64,000 nt of DNA from Candidatus Bathyarchaeota archaeon (GTDB lineage: Archaea; Thermoproteota; Bathyarchaeia; 40CM-2-53-6). The stretch covers positions 99,845 to 163,844 of the forward strand of contig VBBN01000027.1 in NCBI GenBank assembly GCA_005888735.1, written 5' to 3'. The notes beneath the pieces were generated by a model. That model saw only the letters and a list, made by a program, of their open reading frames with translations, was not told the DNA's origin and did no database searches. The position numbers and the translations under genes are program-made. Positions 28,078 through 37,284 of the stretch are shown piece after piece; position 1 is the first letter of the stretch; each line of letters begins with the position of its first letter.

Positions 28078-29073
28078 TCAGCTCGTCACCGGTGATTTGA
28101 GTTTGAGTTCTCGAGCAAAATGGCAGGCTGCAAGGTGTCCCTCTTCCATTGGCTCCAGCTCCGGGACCTTATCGATGCAGATCTGTTGCGCATACTTACA
28201 GCGCGGGTGAAACCGACACCCTGACGGAGGCTCTATGAGGTTGGGTATGTTTCCTTGAATAACCGAAAGCCTCTCCCTCTTCAAAGCCAAGTGCGGAACA
28301 GAGGTCAGCAGTGCTTCTGTGTACGGATGCTTTGGGTTTTCAAAGACCTGCTCGGTTGTGCCTGTTTCGTACACTTGGCCTGCGTAGAGTATGACCACCC
28401 GGTCGCATGTCTCGGCGACGATGCCCATGTCGTGAGTGATTAGAACCATTGACATGTTGAATCTATCCTTTAACCCCTTCAAGGTCTCAAGGATCTGCGC
28501 CTGAATAGTCACGTCTAGCGCAGTTGTAGGCTCGTCAGCCAATAGGAGGCTTGGACTACAGCAGATGGCTCTAGCGATTGCGATTCTCTGCTTTGTCCCA
28601 CCGCTCAGTTGGTGGGGATACTGGTTGATTCTGATCTCAGGGTCAGGAATCTCCACGATCCGAAGCAGCTCGACAGCTCTGTCCATTGCGCTTTTCTTGT
28701 CAAGGTTCTGATGGCGCACCAAGACCTCGGAAAGTTGTTCTCCCACTGTGTAGACAGGATCTAGTGTCGAGGTGGGGTCTTGGAAAATATATCCGATTTC
28801 CCTCCCGCGTAGCTTCCGCATCTCCTCATCCGATTCAGCAAGAAGATTCTTCCGCTGAAATTCTATTTTCCCCTCGATAATCTTCCCTGGCGCGGGCACG
28901 ATCCTCATTATCGACAGGGCAGTGACAGTCTTGCCAGATCCCGACTCTCCCACAATTCCCAGAGTCTCTCCTTTGTTTACGTGTAGGCTCACGCCGTCAA
29001 CGGCTTTGACCACTCCCGCCCAAGTGTAAAAGTAGGTTCTAAGTCCCTCAACGCGCAGAAGCGTCTCTGCCAT
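28078..29073 (-). CDS. oppD: Oligopeptide/dipeptide ABC transporter ATP-binding protein OppD/DppD
   Basis: LLRVEGLRTYF...GIVGESGSGKT (Walker A), LSGGTKQR, LLLADEPTTALD, and a C-terminal CxxHxxC-type extension. Confidence 0.9.
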   Translation of the reverse strand: MAETLLRVEGLRTYFYTWAGVVKAVDGVSLHVNKGETLGIVGESGSGKTVTALSIMRIVPAPGKIIEGKIEFQRKNLLAESDEEMRKLRGREIGYIFQDPTSTLDPVYTVGEQLSEVLVRHQNLDKKSAMDRAVELLRIVEIPDPEIRINQYPHQLSGGTKQRIAIARAICCSPSLLLADEPTTALDVTIQAQILETLKGLKDRFNMSMVLITHDMGIVAETCDRVVILYAGQVYETGTTEQVFENPKHPYTEALLTSVPHLALKRERLSVIQGNIPNLIEPPSGCRFHPRCKYAQQICIDKVPELEPMEEGHLAACHFARELKLKSPVTS

Positions 29074-29088
29074 CGCTGGTCCTCTTGC

Positions 29089-30033
29089 CTACTCTCTTAG
29101 CCTAGGGTCCAAGGCATCCCTGAGACCATTGCCCAAGAGGTTGAAACCCATCACCAGTAGTGTGATGAATATTCCGGGAGCAAGACCTGCCCACCAGGCC
29201 TGCTTCACCGCCTCGGACGCGTCGGCCAACTGCCTCCCCCACGTGATTGAGTTGGGATCACCGAACCCGAGAAAGCTTACAGCGGCTTCTGTGAGAATTG
29301 AGCCCGCTATCTGAAGAGTGCTTAGGACGATTATGATGTGCAGGGTGTTCGGGAAGAGGTGGCGGAAGAGTATTCTGAACCCCGACGCGCCAATCTGACG
29401 AGATGCAGCGACATATTCGAACTCTCTGACTCGGAGAACCTCCCCACGTATTATCCTAGCCGGTCCAGGCCATGAGAAGGCCCCTATTACTAGAATGATA
29501 ACCAGGAGTCCTCCGGACGCTCCGGGTGAGAGGGTGAAGAGTATCCGAAGGAAGACGAGGAGAATGAGGAAGAAAGGGAGGACGAGGACTACCTCTGTAA
29601 GTCTCATCAAGACATTGTCCACCCAGCCTCCGAAATATCCGGCAACGAGGCCGATCAATGTCGCAATGGCTAATGCGATGGCCGTAGCTCCAATTCCGAC
29701 AAGAAATGCGGCCCGGGCCCCGTAAACAATCTGGCTATACACATCTTGGCCAGCGAGGTTGGTGCCGAACGGAAACGACCAGGAGGGAGGGATTCCAATT
29801 GCCCACACATCAGGCTTCGGGCCAGGATTCGGGCAGTTCGGGGTAGTTCCTACGTTGCAGTTTGGTGGGTATAGAGCGATCAACTGATCGAGTAAAGCCA
29901 TTACTCCAATCACCCCTACTATCACAAGGCCCGCGAGAGCTGCCTTGTTCATCTTGAGCCTTCTCCAGGCAAGTTCCCACTGACTCACACCGCTTACCCG
30001 TCGTTTTCGAGGCCTACTAGATAGACTAGCCAT
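29089..30033 (-). CDS. oppC: Oligopeptide ABC transporter permease OppC/DppC
   Basis: BPD-transporter inner-membrane component with the EAA-like loop (SRQIGASGFRILFRHLFPN) and six TM segments. Confidence 0.85.
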   Translation of the reverse strand: MASLSSRPRKRRVSGVSQWELAWRRLKMNKAALAGLVIVGVIGVMALLDQLIALYPPNCNVGTTPNCPNPGPKPDVWAIGIPPSWSFPFGTNLAGQDVYSQIVYGARAAFLVGIGATAIALAIATLIGLVAGYFGGWVDNVLMRLTEVVLVLPFFLILLVFLRILFTLSPGASGGLLVIILVIGAFSWPGPARIIRGEVLRVREFEYVAASRQIGASGFRILFRHLFPNTLHIIIVLSTLQIAGSILTEAAVSFLGFGDPNSITWGRQLADASEAVKQAWWAGLAPGIFITLLVMGFNLLGNGLRDALDPRLRE

Positions 30034-30049
30034 GAACCAAAAGCCTCTG

Positions 30050-31054
30050 CTAATCGATGCGAATCCTCGGGTCTATGTACGCATAGGTCAGGTCAGTAAC
30101 GAGGTTGGCCACGAGAGTCATCAAAGTAATCAAGACGACCACACCTTGGATTACGGGGAAGTCCAGAACGTTAGTTTTCACAACAAAGAGTGCGCCCACA
30201 CCAGGCCAGTTGAAGACGGTCTCTGTGACCGGAGCGCCCGCTAGCAGTCCACCAAAGTAAAGGCCAACATATGTCACAATCGGTATGAGAGCGTTTCTCA
30301 AAGCATGCTTGTACAATATAGCCCGATCACCCAAGCCGCTTGCACGAGCCGCGAGAATGTAGTCCTGCCTCAAGACTTCTAGCATGCTGGACCTGACTAG
30401 CAAAACGACGGGAGCCAAGATTGCGAAAGTGTAAACTAGCGTTGGGAGGGTCAGATGCCAGAGTTGGTCCAAAATCACGTTCCCATACAGGTATTGTGAC
30501 TGTATGGTCGACTGAGCACCGCCCGATGGAAAGAGGTTAAGATAGTATCCAAAAATAAGTATGAACGCAATGCCCATGAAGGAGATTGGGATGGACGTTC
30601 CGACAAGAGCAGAACTGCTAAGCGTGACATCTAGAACGGAGTATCGTCTCTTGGCAGAGTAAATGCCAATTGGAATAGCTATTACCAAAGACAAGAAGAG
30701 ACCGAGAAGCTGTAGCTCTAAAGTCGCCAAAATTCCTTGGCCAACGAGATTGGAGACAGAACCACCGCCAAAAGAGTCTCCAAGGTTCAGAACAAGAAGC
30801 TCTGAAAGCCAATGGAGGTATTGAAGGTAGACTGGCTTGTCTAGTCCGTAATACTGTCTAATCCTTTGCCTTTGGTCTTCAGTTATGTGCGTGTTCCCGA
30901 ATGTGGCAATCTGGACCGGGTCCCCGGCTAACCGTTCGATTGAGAACACCAGTAGAGTAATTCCAAGGAAGACTGGAATGAGGTAAAGGGATCGTCGTAT
31001 CAGGTATTTGATAAGAGACACTAGGCAAAGCACTCCAGGTTCCGAATTCCGCAC
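30050..31054 (-). CDS. oppB: Oligopeptide ABC transporter permease OppB/DppB
   Basis: The N-terminus LIKYLIRRSLYLIPVFLGITLLVFS is typical of OppB. The EAA loop is ARASGLGDRAILYKHALRNALIP. Confidence 0.85.
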   Translation of the reverse strand: MRNSEPGVLCLVSLIKYLIRRSLYLIPVFLGITLLVFSIERLAGDPVQIATFGNTHITEDQRQRIRQYYGLDKPVYLQYLHWLSELLVLNLGDSFGGGSVSNLVGQGILATLELQLLGLFLSLVIAIPIGIYSAKRRYSVLDVTLSSSALVGTSIPISFMGIAFILIFGYYLNLFPSGGAQSTIQSQYLYGNVILDQLWHLTLPTLVYTFAILAPVVLLVRSSMLEVLRQDYILAARASGLGDRAILYKHALRNALIPIVTYVGLYFGGLLAGAPVTETVFNWPGVGALFVVKTNVLDFPVIQGVVVLITLMTLVANLVTDLTYAYIDPRIRID

Positions 31055-31257
31055 CCAGAACCGAGAATCCGAAGGGGCCTGACCATGTCGACGACCACAT
31101 TACAATTGGCCAAGTTGATTATTAGGAATATCGTAGCACCGGTCACAAAGTTCAGACCTTGCCAAGCTCGCGAGGGGATTATGCGCTTCGCCATAATGAT
31201 TATACGCGTCAAGAAAGCTCCTTTTGCCTGTGGCGCAAAATTCTGAAAACCACTAAT
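31055..31257. promoter_or_regulatory. Divergent intergenic/promoter region between oppB (minus) and the oppA-like SBP gene (plus)
   Basis: About 200 nt between divergent starts. Contains AT-rich TATA-like stretches (ttattaggaata; ataatgattatacg) at plausible distances from both starts. Assigned by position only. Confidence 0.3.
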
Positions 31258-33216
31258 TTGAAACACTTCCAAGCCATCGTTCTGTGCTTTCTGGCCCTAT
31301 CCCCCTTCCTCAGCTTCCTGATTCCCCCTGCTCAGGCAGCGGGCACGCTTAGTCCGAATCTCAAAATCACGCTACTTGTCCCAACGTCCAACAGCGCGCG
31401 AAGGGCCTGGGCAACAATAATCCAGAACAACCTCAACTTTCTCGGAATCGACACCGGGAGAGTAGAACTCCCATTCAGCCCCAACATATTCGACAGAGCA
31501 CTGACCCCTGGTGCAAGTGCCCTTGGCAAGACCTACGACCAAGGCGGATTCGACATCCTTTTCGTTGGATACAATCTTGGAATCGATGCCGACCCCTGGT
31601 CGCTCTACCACAGCTCACAATTCGCCCCAACAGGGCAAAACTACTACCTCTGGAACAACACTCAAAATGACCAGCAGACAACCCAGATCAAAGAAAACAT
31701 CAACAAGACCCAACGCCTCAACTTGGTGAAGCAATGGCAGGTCCTAGCCGCGGATGAACTACCCTCCATTCCGATATTGTACACCCGCGAGAATGTAGCG
31801 TTCGACGGGACAGCTTCCAATGCCCAGGCTATCTTCACAGCATACCATGCCCCCGCGTGGCCACCGATCGAACATCTCACGACTGCCCTAGACGCAAACT
31901 TGATCCTCGCTCAGACAGGTCAGGCACCCGGAGAGGGAATGATACCAGAACTCAGCACGTCATACTACGACACAACGGTCTTCAACGAAATATTCAGCTC
32001 GCTGGCAATCAGAAACGACACAACATTCAAGACAATGATTCCGCAGCTCGCCTCGGGAACAGTCGCAAGCCCTGGTTGGTCAGTCGCATCCGACTCCAAG
32101 ACTTGGACCGTTACGCTTCGGCCAGGCATAAAGTGGCATGATGGCATAGATTTCAACGCGACCGACGTAAAATTCACGTTTGACGCAATCCAAGACGACC
32201 TACTAGCGGCGCCCACCGAAGCCTTCGTCAAAGGACTCGTCGGAGGGAAGAGTAACGTCACGATCGTCGACCGGATGACAGTGAAGTTTGACCTCCCGAA
32301 GCCCTACGCATACTTTGTCGAGAACATTCTCACATACCCGATTCTTCCGCAGCACATTCTCAAGAGCATCGCGCTGGACCAGTGGCAGAAGAGCCAATTC
32401 AACAGGCCGGACACGGGAACCGTAACGTCTCCTCCACCCACGGGCACGGGACCCTACAAATGGGTCGACTGGACCGCTACCACAAAGACAGTCCACCTGA
32501 CCAGGAATGATGCCTACTTCGACTTCCCGGACAAAGGCAGAGCCGCACTCCTACTCAAGGGACAGTTCACAGTCAAAGAATACTACGTGAAGAATATCGT
32601 GGACACAGATGTAGCTATCACCGCGCTCAAGAATCACGAAGTCAATGTCCTAGACAGCCAATACCATATTGAAATCCAGCCCAGCTTCCTCATCGAGTGG
32701 GGCGCGAGCAAGATCGCGAGCTATGACGCATTCGGCGTCCAGGAAATGGGCGTCAACATGAAACATCCACTGATAGGAACCGGAGTAGACACACCTCTGG
32801 GTAAGTCAGACCCGACAAAGGCCGCACTCGCCGCCAAGTATCTCCGCCAAGCGATCAGCGAGGCGGTCCCACGAGAGCAAATTGTGGGTCAGTTGCTCAA
32901 CGGCTATGGAGTCTCCGCGATAACAACGCCAGTGGTCGGCAACTACAAGACCGGCATCCCAGTTACCGAAGGCTTCAACGCGGCACTGAAGCCCTACGAC
33001 TTCAACCTAACCCGGGCATCGGAGCTTATCAAAGCTGCTGGCTACGTCCCGGCCCCACCAGCGCCAGGCTTCTTTGAAGCCTACGGACTCTACCTAACCA
33101 TCGCGCTCGTCGCTGTCATTGTCGCGCTCGCTGGCATCTACGTTTGGAGGACCAGGCGCAAGCCTATGGCTGCTTCGACAACAATGCCTCAACCATCGAT
33201 GCCAACAAGTCCCTAG
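31159..33216 (+). CDS. oppA: ABC transporter substrate-binding protein, family 5 (oligopeptide/nickel, OppA-like) with C-terminal TM anchor
   Basis: SBP_bac_5-like organisation. Signal peptide LKHFQAIVLCFLALSPFLSFLIPPAQAAG. The probable real start is TTG 31258, in frame with the listed ORF. The C-terminus has a TM helix LYLTIALVAVIVALAGIYVW plus an RTRRK tail, an archaeal-type anchor. It is divergent from oppBCDF. Confidence 0.8.
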   Translation: MPSSRGDYALRHNDYTRQESSFCLWRKILKTTNLKHFQAIVLCFLALSPFLSFLIPPAQAAGTLSPNLKITLLVPTSNSARRAWATIIQNNLNFLGIDTGRVELPFSPNIFDRALTPGASALGKTYDQGGFDILFVGYNLGIDADPWSLYHSSQFAPTGQNYYLWNNTQNDQQTTQIKENINKTQRLNLVKQWQVLAADELPSIPILYTRENVAFDGTASNAQAIFTAYHAPAWPPIEHLTTALDANLILAQTGQAPGEGMIPELSTSYYDTTVFNEIFSSLAIRNDTTFKTMIPQLASGTVASPGWSVASDSKTWTVTLRPGIKWHDGIDFNATDVKFTFDAIQDDLLAAPTEAFVKGLVGGKSNVTIVDRMTVKFDLPKPYAYFVENILTYPILPQHILKSIALDQWQKSQFNRPDTGTVTSPPPTGTGPYKWVDWTATTKTVHLTRNDAYFDFPDKGRAALLLKGQFTVKEYYVKNIVDTDVAITALKNHEVNVLDSQYHIEIQPSFLIEWGASKIASYDAFGVQEMGVNMKHPLIGTGVDTPLGKSDPTKAALAAKYLRQAISEAVPREQIVGQLLNGYGVSAITTPVVGNYKTGIPVTEGFNAALKPYDFNLTRASELIKAAGYVPAPPAPGFFEAYGLYLTIALVAVIVALAGIYVWRTRRKPMAASTTMPQPSMPTSP

Positions 33217-33260
33217 CAGAAGCTTTGCCGTCATCTTCCCCTTTTTCCTTTCGCTCAGTG

Positions 33261-33617
33261 CTAGACCAAAGACGCTAGGAATCCTAGTAGGACTAGGAAG
33301 CTGGAAGCGAGCATCCATCTCGAACCCACTTTCTCAGCGTGTTTCTCTGATTCACGAGTCCATGGAGACGTCCCGAAGAGGGTCTGGCCCACTCTGGATG
33401 CTGAAGGACTAGACGATAGTGAAATTACGACGCCCAGCAACAGCCCAAGCCCTCCCTCAAGAAAGAGGACGAGTACCAGCGTTGACCTTGACAACTGTCG
33501 TAGGCCTATGAGTAGCCCCAGACTGTCGCAGGCCGCGATGACAAGCGCTGCGGATAATGGCGTTTTCGAGTAGGAGAAGAGACGTCTCGAGCTTTTTCCC
33601 GCCCGAATCTTCCCCAT
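33261..33617 (-). CDS. Small hypothetical membrane protein, translationally coupled to upstream gene
   Basis: ATG at 33615-33617 overlaps the TAA of the 33617..34480 gene (TAATG). Encodes MGKIRAGKSSRRLF... with 2-3 TM helices. Only visible as the 3' part of a longer listed ORF. Confidence 0.35.
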   Translation of the reverse strand: MGKIRAGKSSRRLFSYSKTPLSAALVIAACDSLGLLIGLRQLSRSTLVLVLFLEGGLGLLLGVVISLSSSPSASRVGQTLFGTSPWTRESEKHAEKVGSRWMLASSFLVLLGFLASLV

Positions 33618-34480
33618 TAGCCCAGCAGTCCTAGAACAGTTGGCAAAATGCCGAGCCAGATTGGGAGAGGAAGCCCTGGAGCTTTGGTTCGAGCCCGAGC
33701 CATTTGAAATGTTGCAAGGGATCCTATGAGGATGAGGGCAAGGGTCGCGATGCCAGTGAATACGTTGATTCTGACTGAGCTCGCGGCAAGAATAGAATAG
33801 GCCGCGAAGTCGCCAAACCCAACGGTGTACTTTTCCAAGGGAAGGGATGTCGTCGCTGTCATTACACCGCACTCACCTTCTCCCACACTTTTCCTTAGCA
33901 AGTCACTTTCTACTAGGAAAAAGTCCACCATGGAGAGGGCAAGGAGAAGCAAGATGACAAATGTCAGGGAGAATACTGTGCCGATCAGCGAGCCAAGAAA
34001 AGTGAGGGAGCCAATGATGAGGATACTCCTCTTCCTTTGCGAGAGGGTGCCGTAATAGCTGCGGAAGGAGGAATAGATTCCCAAGAAGCCTAGGGGAGTC
34101 GCTAGGAGATAGAATGGCCCCGCGAAAGCCCTTGAAGAATCAACCCAGGTCTTCCACAATATCAAGCCTGAGAGAGTCCCTAGGAGAGTTGTTCCTGCCA
34201 TGAGTAGTCTGGCAGCCTCTTCCACATGCCGCCTTAGACCGTAGAAGATGAATAGAAGGGCCAGGATGCAAACGGATGCAGCTGTGAGAAAGTCAAAGCT
34301 CGGCAGGCCCGTGGCAGAATTGGAGACAAAAGCTGGACGAGCTGACAGCACGGCTTGGGAAATGAGCGCGGAAACTACGAGGGGGAGAGACAACTTAGCC
34401 ATGTCCTTTAGAAGAACGGGACGTGTAGGGTCCCTTTGACTCAAGAGGGTCTCGGGTAGGAATCGACGTCTCCAACTCAT
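33617..34480 (-). CDS. Polytopic membrane protein; candidate GxGD-type intramembrane aspartyl protease (presenilin/SPP-like, A22)
   Basis: About 8 TM helices. A GFGDF motif sits in a TM helix (TVGFGDFAAYSILAA), with an earlier membrane-embedded Asp (LSMVDFFLV) and a downstream PLPIWLGILP. The family assignment is tentative. Confidence 0.5.
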   Translation of the reverse strand: MSWRRRFLPETLLSQRDPTRPVLLKDMAKLSLPLVVSALISQAVLSARPAFVSNSATGLPSFDFLTAASVCILALLFIFYGLRRHVEEAARLLMAGTTLLGTLSGLILWKTWVDSSRAFAGPFYLLATPLGFLGIYSSFRSYYGTLSQRKRSILIIGSLTFLGSLIGTVFSLTFVILLLLALSMVDFFLVESDLLRKSVGEGECGVMTATTSLPLEKYTVGFGDFAAYSILAASSVRINVFTGIATLALILIGSLATFQMARARTKAPGLPLPIWLGILPTVLGLLG

Positions 34481-34635
34481 AAAGGACGTGGGGGGACATT
34501 CTCATGCTCAAGGCTGTCCATTCTGACGCCTCAGTAGAGGGCAAATTCTGAGCATCTGAACGTCTCTTCTCAGCGTTAGGGTTATGAACATCCAGTTCCC
34601 CGGAAACTTGAACGCGACCGGGAGCTTGACCCTGA

Positions 34636-37182
34636 TTGGAACAAGACTACGTGGCTAATGGCATTCTTTCAAAGCACAAGCCGTTCGCGCTTCCCGGCTC
34701 GAAGGTCCATTATGCCCGCGACCGGGATTTTGATGTTCAACATGTCAAGCTTGAGTTAGCTGTTGACCCTGAGAAGAAGAAGCTCGAGGGAGCAGTCCAC
34801 GTAACACTATCTCCCATCGTCGACAACGTCACACGGCTCGAGTTTGACGCTGTGGACCTGGACATTGAGGATGTAAAGCTCTCTCTCGGCAAAATCTCCA
34901 TTTTCGAGAACACTGGACGTAAGCTCATCATCAACTTGGACAAGGCGTTGAAAATGTCCGAGAACCTAACGGTGAGCATACGCTACTCAGCAGAGCCACG
35001 CAGAGGACTCTACTTCATCGGCCCCGACAAGTACTACTCAGACAGGCCATATCAAGCGTGGACGCAGGGCGAAGATGAGGACAGCCGATACTGGTTCCCG
35101 TGCTACGACTATCCTAACGACAAAGCAACCAGTGAGATGATCGCCACAGTCCCGTTAAAGTACACGGTGATATCAAATGGCGTCCTGTTCGAGACAAAGG
35201 AGGACAAGGCCAGAGGAACCAAGACCTGCCGCTGGAAACAGGACATCTCACACTCCAGCTATCTCACAAGCCTCGTCGTCGGCGAGTTCTCCCTTGTCAA
35301 GGAGAAGGTTGATGATGTCGAGCTGCAATACTATGTTCCTAAGGGCCGGGAGGAAGATGCCAAACGGAGCTTCGAGAAGACTCCAAAGATGATCCGGTTC
35401 TTCGGCGACTATTTTGGCGTGAAGTATCCTTATCCAAAATATGCGCAGGTCACAGTTTCTGATTTTATCTTCGGCGGAATGGAAAACATCTCCGCTACAA
35501 CCCTGACCGAGAGAACACTCCACGACAGACGTGCTCACCTAGACTTCTCCAGTGACGACCTCGTCTCTCACGAACTAGCCCATCAATGGTGGGGGGACCT
35601 CATCACCTGCCGCGACTGGTCACATGGATGGTTGAATGAGGGTTTCGCCACATACTCTGAGACGCTTTTCAAAGAGGAGGATCTAGGAAAAGACGAAGCC
35701 TCCCACTTCATCATGCGGGAGTTCGATACCTACGTCGAAGAGGATTCGGAACGTTATCGTCGGCCAATTGTGAGCAGGATCTACATCGACCCGACAGACC
35801 TCTTCGACCGGCACCTCTACCAGAAAGGGGGGCTTGTACTTCATACCCTTCGTTACTACTTGGGCGAGGAGCTGTTCCAGAAAGGGCTGCGCAACTATGC
35901 TAACACGTTCCGGGAGAAGGTTGTTGAGACAAGCGACTTCCGGCGCGCGATGGAGGAAGCGACAGGGCGGAGCCTGGAAGGTTTCTTCGACCAGTGGGTT
36001 TACCACGGAGGCCATCCTGAATTCAAGGTCAGCTACGACTGGGACGACAATGCGATGATAGCCAAAATTTCAGTATCACAGACGCAAATTGGAAACGGCG
36101 AGACCCCGCTGGTCTTCCAGACCCCTGTCGACGTTTCCTTCACCTTTGCCAAAGGAGTCCAGACGAGACGGGTAATGGTCACTCAGCGCGACGAGACCTT
36201 CTACATCTCTCTACCTGAGAGGCCAAGGGATGTCGAGTTCGACCCAGGCAACTGGGTTCTCAAGACCCTCAGCTTCGACAAGCCCAAAGGGATGCTTCTC
36301 TATCAGCTCACAAATGACAAGAACGCGGTCGGAAGAATACGAGCTGCCCAACGCCTGGCTAAGCATCCGACCGAGGACGTCATAGATGCATTGAAAACCG
36401 TCTGTTTGAAGGACCCGTTCTGGGGCGCCCAGGCAGAAGCCGCTAAGGCTCTCGGCGTCATACAGACAAGCTCAGCACTAAAAGCCCTCATCGCCAGTCT
36501 CAAGATCAAACATCCCAAAGCCCGCAGAGCCGTTGTGAAGGCTCTAGGCGAGTTTCGCGATGAAGACTCGGCCAAAGCGTTGATAGGAATCCTGGATGAA
36601 GGAGACGCTAGCTACTACGTGGAGGGAGAGGCGGCGAGAAGCCTCGGCAAGACGCGGTCCCTCAAAGCCTTCGACGTTCTCAAGAAGAACCTCCGCAAAG
36701 AATCCTTTCTCGACGTCATCCGCGTCGGGGTCTTCGACGGGTTCGCGGAACTGAAAGACCTTGAAGCCATCCCCATCGTAACAGAGTGGACCCGATACGG
36801 AAAACCGCACCCGGCCAGGGAAGGGGCCACGAAAGCCCTCGGCAAGCTCGGAGAAGGAAGACCCGAAGTAATAGACCATCTCACACGTTTACTGGACGAC
36901 CCCTGGTTCAGGGTTCGCATAGAATCATGCATCGCCCTTGGCGAGTTGATGGAGCCCAAAGCTGTCGCAGCTCTACAGAGGCTTATCGACAAAGAGCTGG
37001 ACAATAGAGTCAAGAGACGGGCTATGGAGGCCGCTCAGAAAATTCAAGCGGGCCGCGAAGCTTCAACAGCCTTCCAACGGCTGCGAGACGATGTGGACAA
37101 GCTCCGTGAGGAAAACCGACAGCTCAAGGAGCAACTGAACAGGATAGAAGCTTCCAAGGAGAAACCCGCCAGAAAGTCCTAA
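34636..37182 (+). CDS. M1-family aminopeptidase (aminopeptidase N / tricorn-interacting-factor-like) with C-terminal HEAT repeats
   Basis: GAMEN-like motif GGMEN. Zinc-binding HELAHQWWG...18aa...WLNEGFATY. The C-terminal ~300 aa carry PBS-lyase/HEAT-like repeats and a terminal coiled coil. Confidence 0.9.
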   Translation: MEQDYVANGILSKHKPFALPGSKVHYARDRDFDVQHVKLELAVDPEKKKLEGAVHVTLSPIVDNVTRLEFDAVDLDIEDVKLSLGKISIFENTGRKLIINLDKALKMSENLTVSIRYSAEPRRGLYFIGPDKYYSDRPYQAWTQGEDEDSRYWFPCYDYPNDKATSEMIATVPLKYTVISNGVLFETKEDKARGTKTCRWKQDISHSSYLTSLVVGEFSLVKEKVDDVELQYYVPKGREEDAKRSFEKTPKMIRFFGDYFGVKYPYPKYAQVTVSDFIFGGMENISATTLTERTLHDRRAHLDFSSDDLVSHELAHQWWGDLITCRDWSHGWLNEGFATYSETLFKEEDLGKDEASHFIMREFDTYVEEDSERYRRPIVSRIYIDPTDLFDRHLYQKGGLVLHTLRYYLGEELFQKGLRNYANTFREKVVETSDFRRAMEEATGRSLEGFFDQWVYHGGHPEFKVSYDWDDNAMIAKISVSQTQIGNGETPLVFQTPVDVSFTFAKGVQTRRVMVTQRDETFYISLPERPRDVEFDPGNWVLKTLSFDKPKGMLLYQLTNDKNAVGRIRAAQRLAKHPTEDVIDALKTVCLKDPFWGAQAEAAKALGVIQTSSALKALIASLKIKHPKARRAVVKALGEFRDEDSAKALIGILDEGDASYYVEGEAARSLGKTRSLKAFDVLKKNLRKESFLDVIRVGVFDGFAELKDLEAIPIVTEWTRYGKPHPAREGATKALGKLGEGRPEVIDHLTRLLDDPWFRVRIESCIALGELMEPKAVAALQRLIDKELDNRVKRRAMEAAQKIQAGREASTAFQRLRDDVDKLREENRQLKEQLNRIEASKEKPARKS

Positions 37183-37284
37183 CCGGAAAAACTCTCGGGT
37201 CCTCAACATCGGTTGCAACGCTAGTTTGAAGTGGCCAGTATCCGCAAGTCCGGGCCTGGGTTCTAGGAGAGGCCATGCCTGGCG

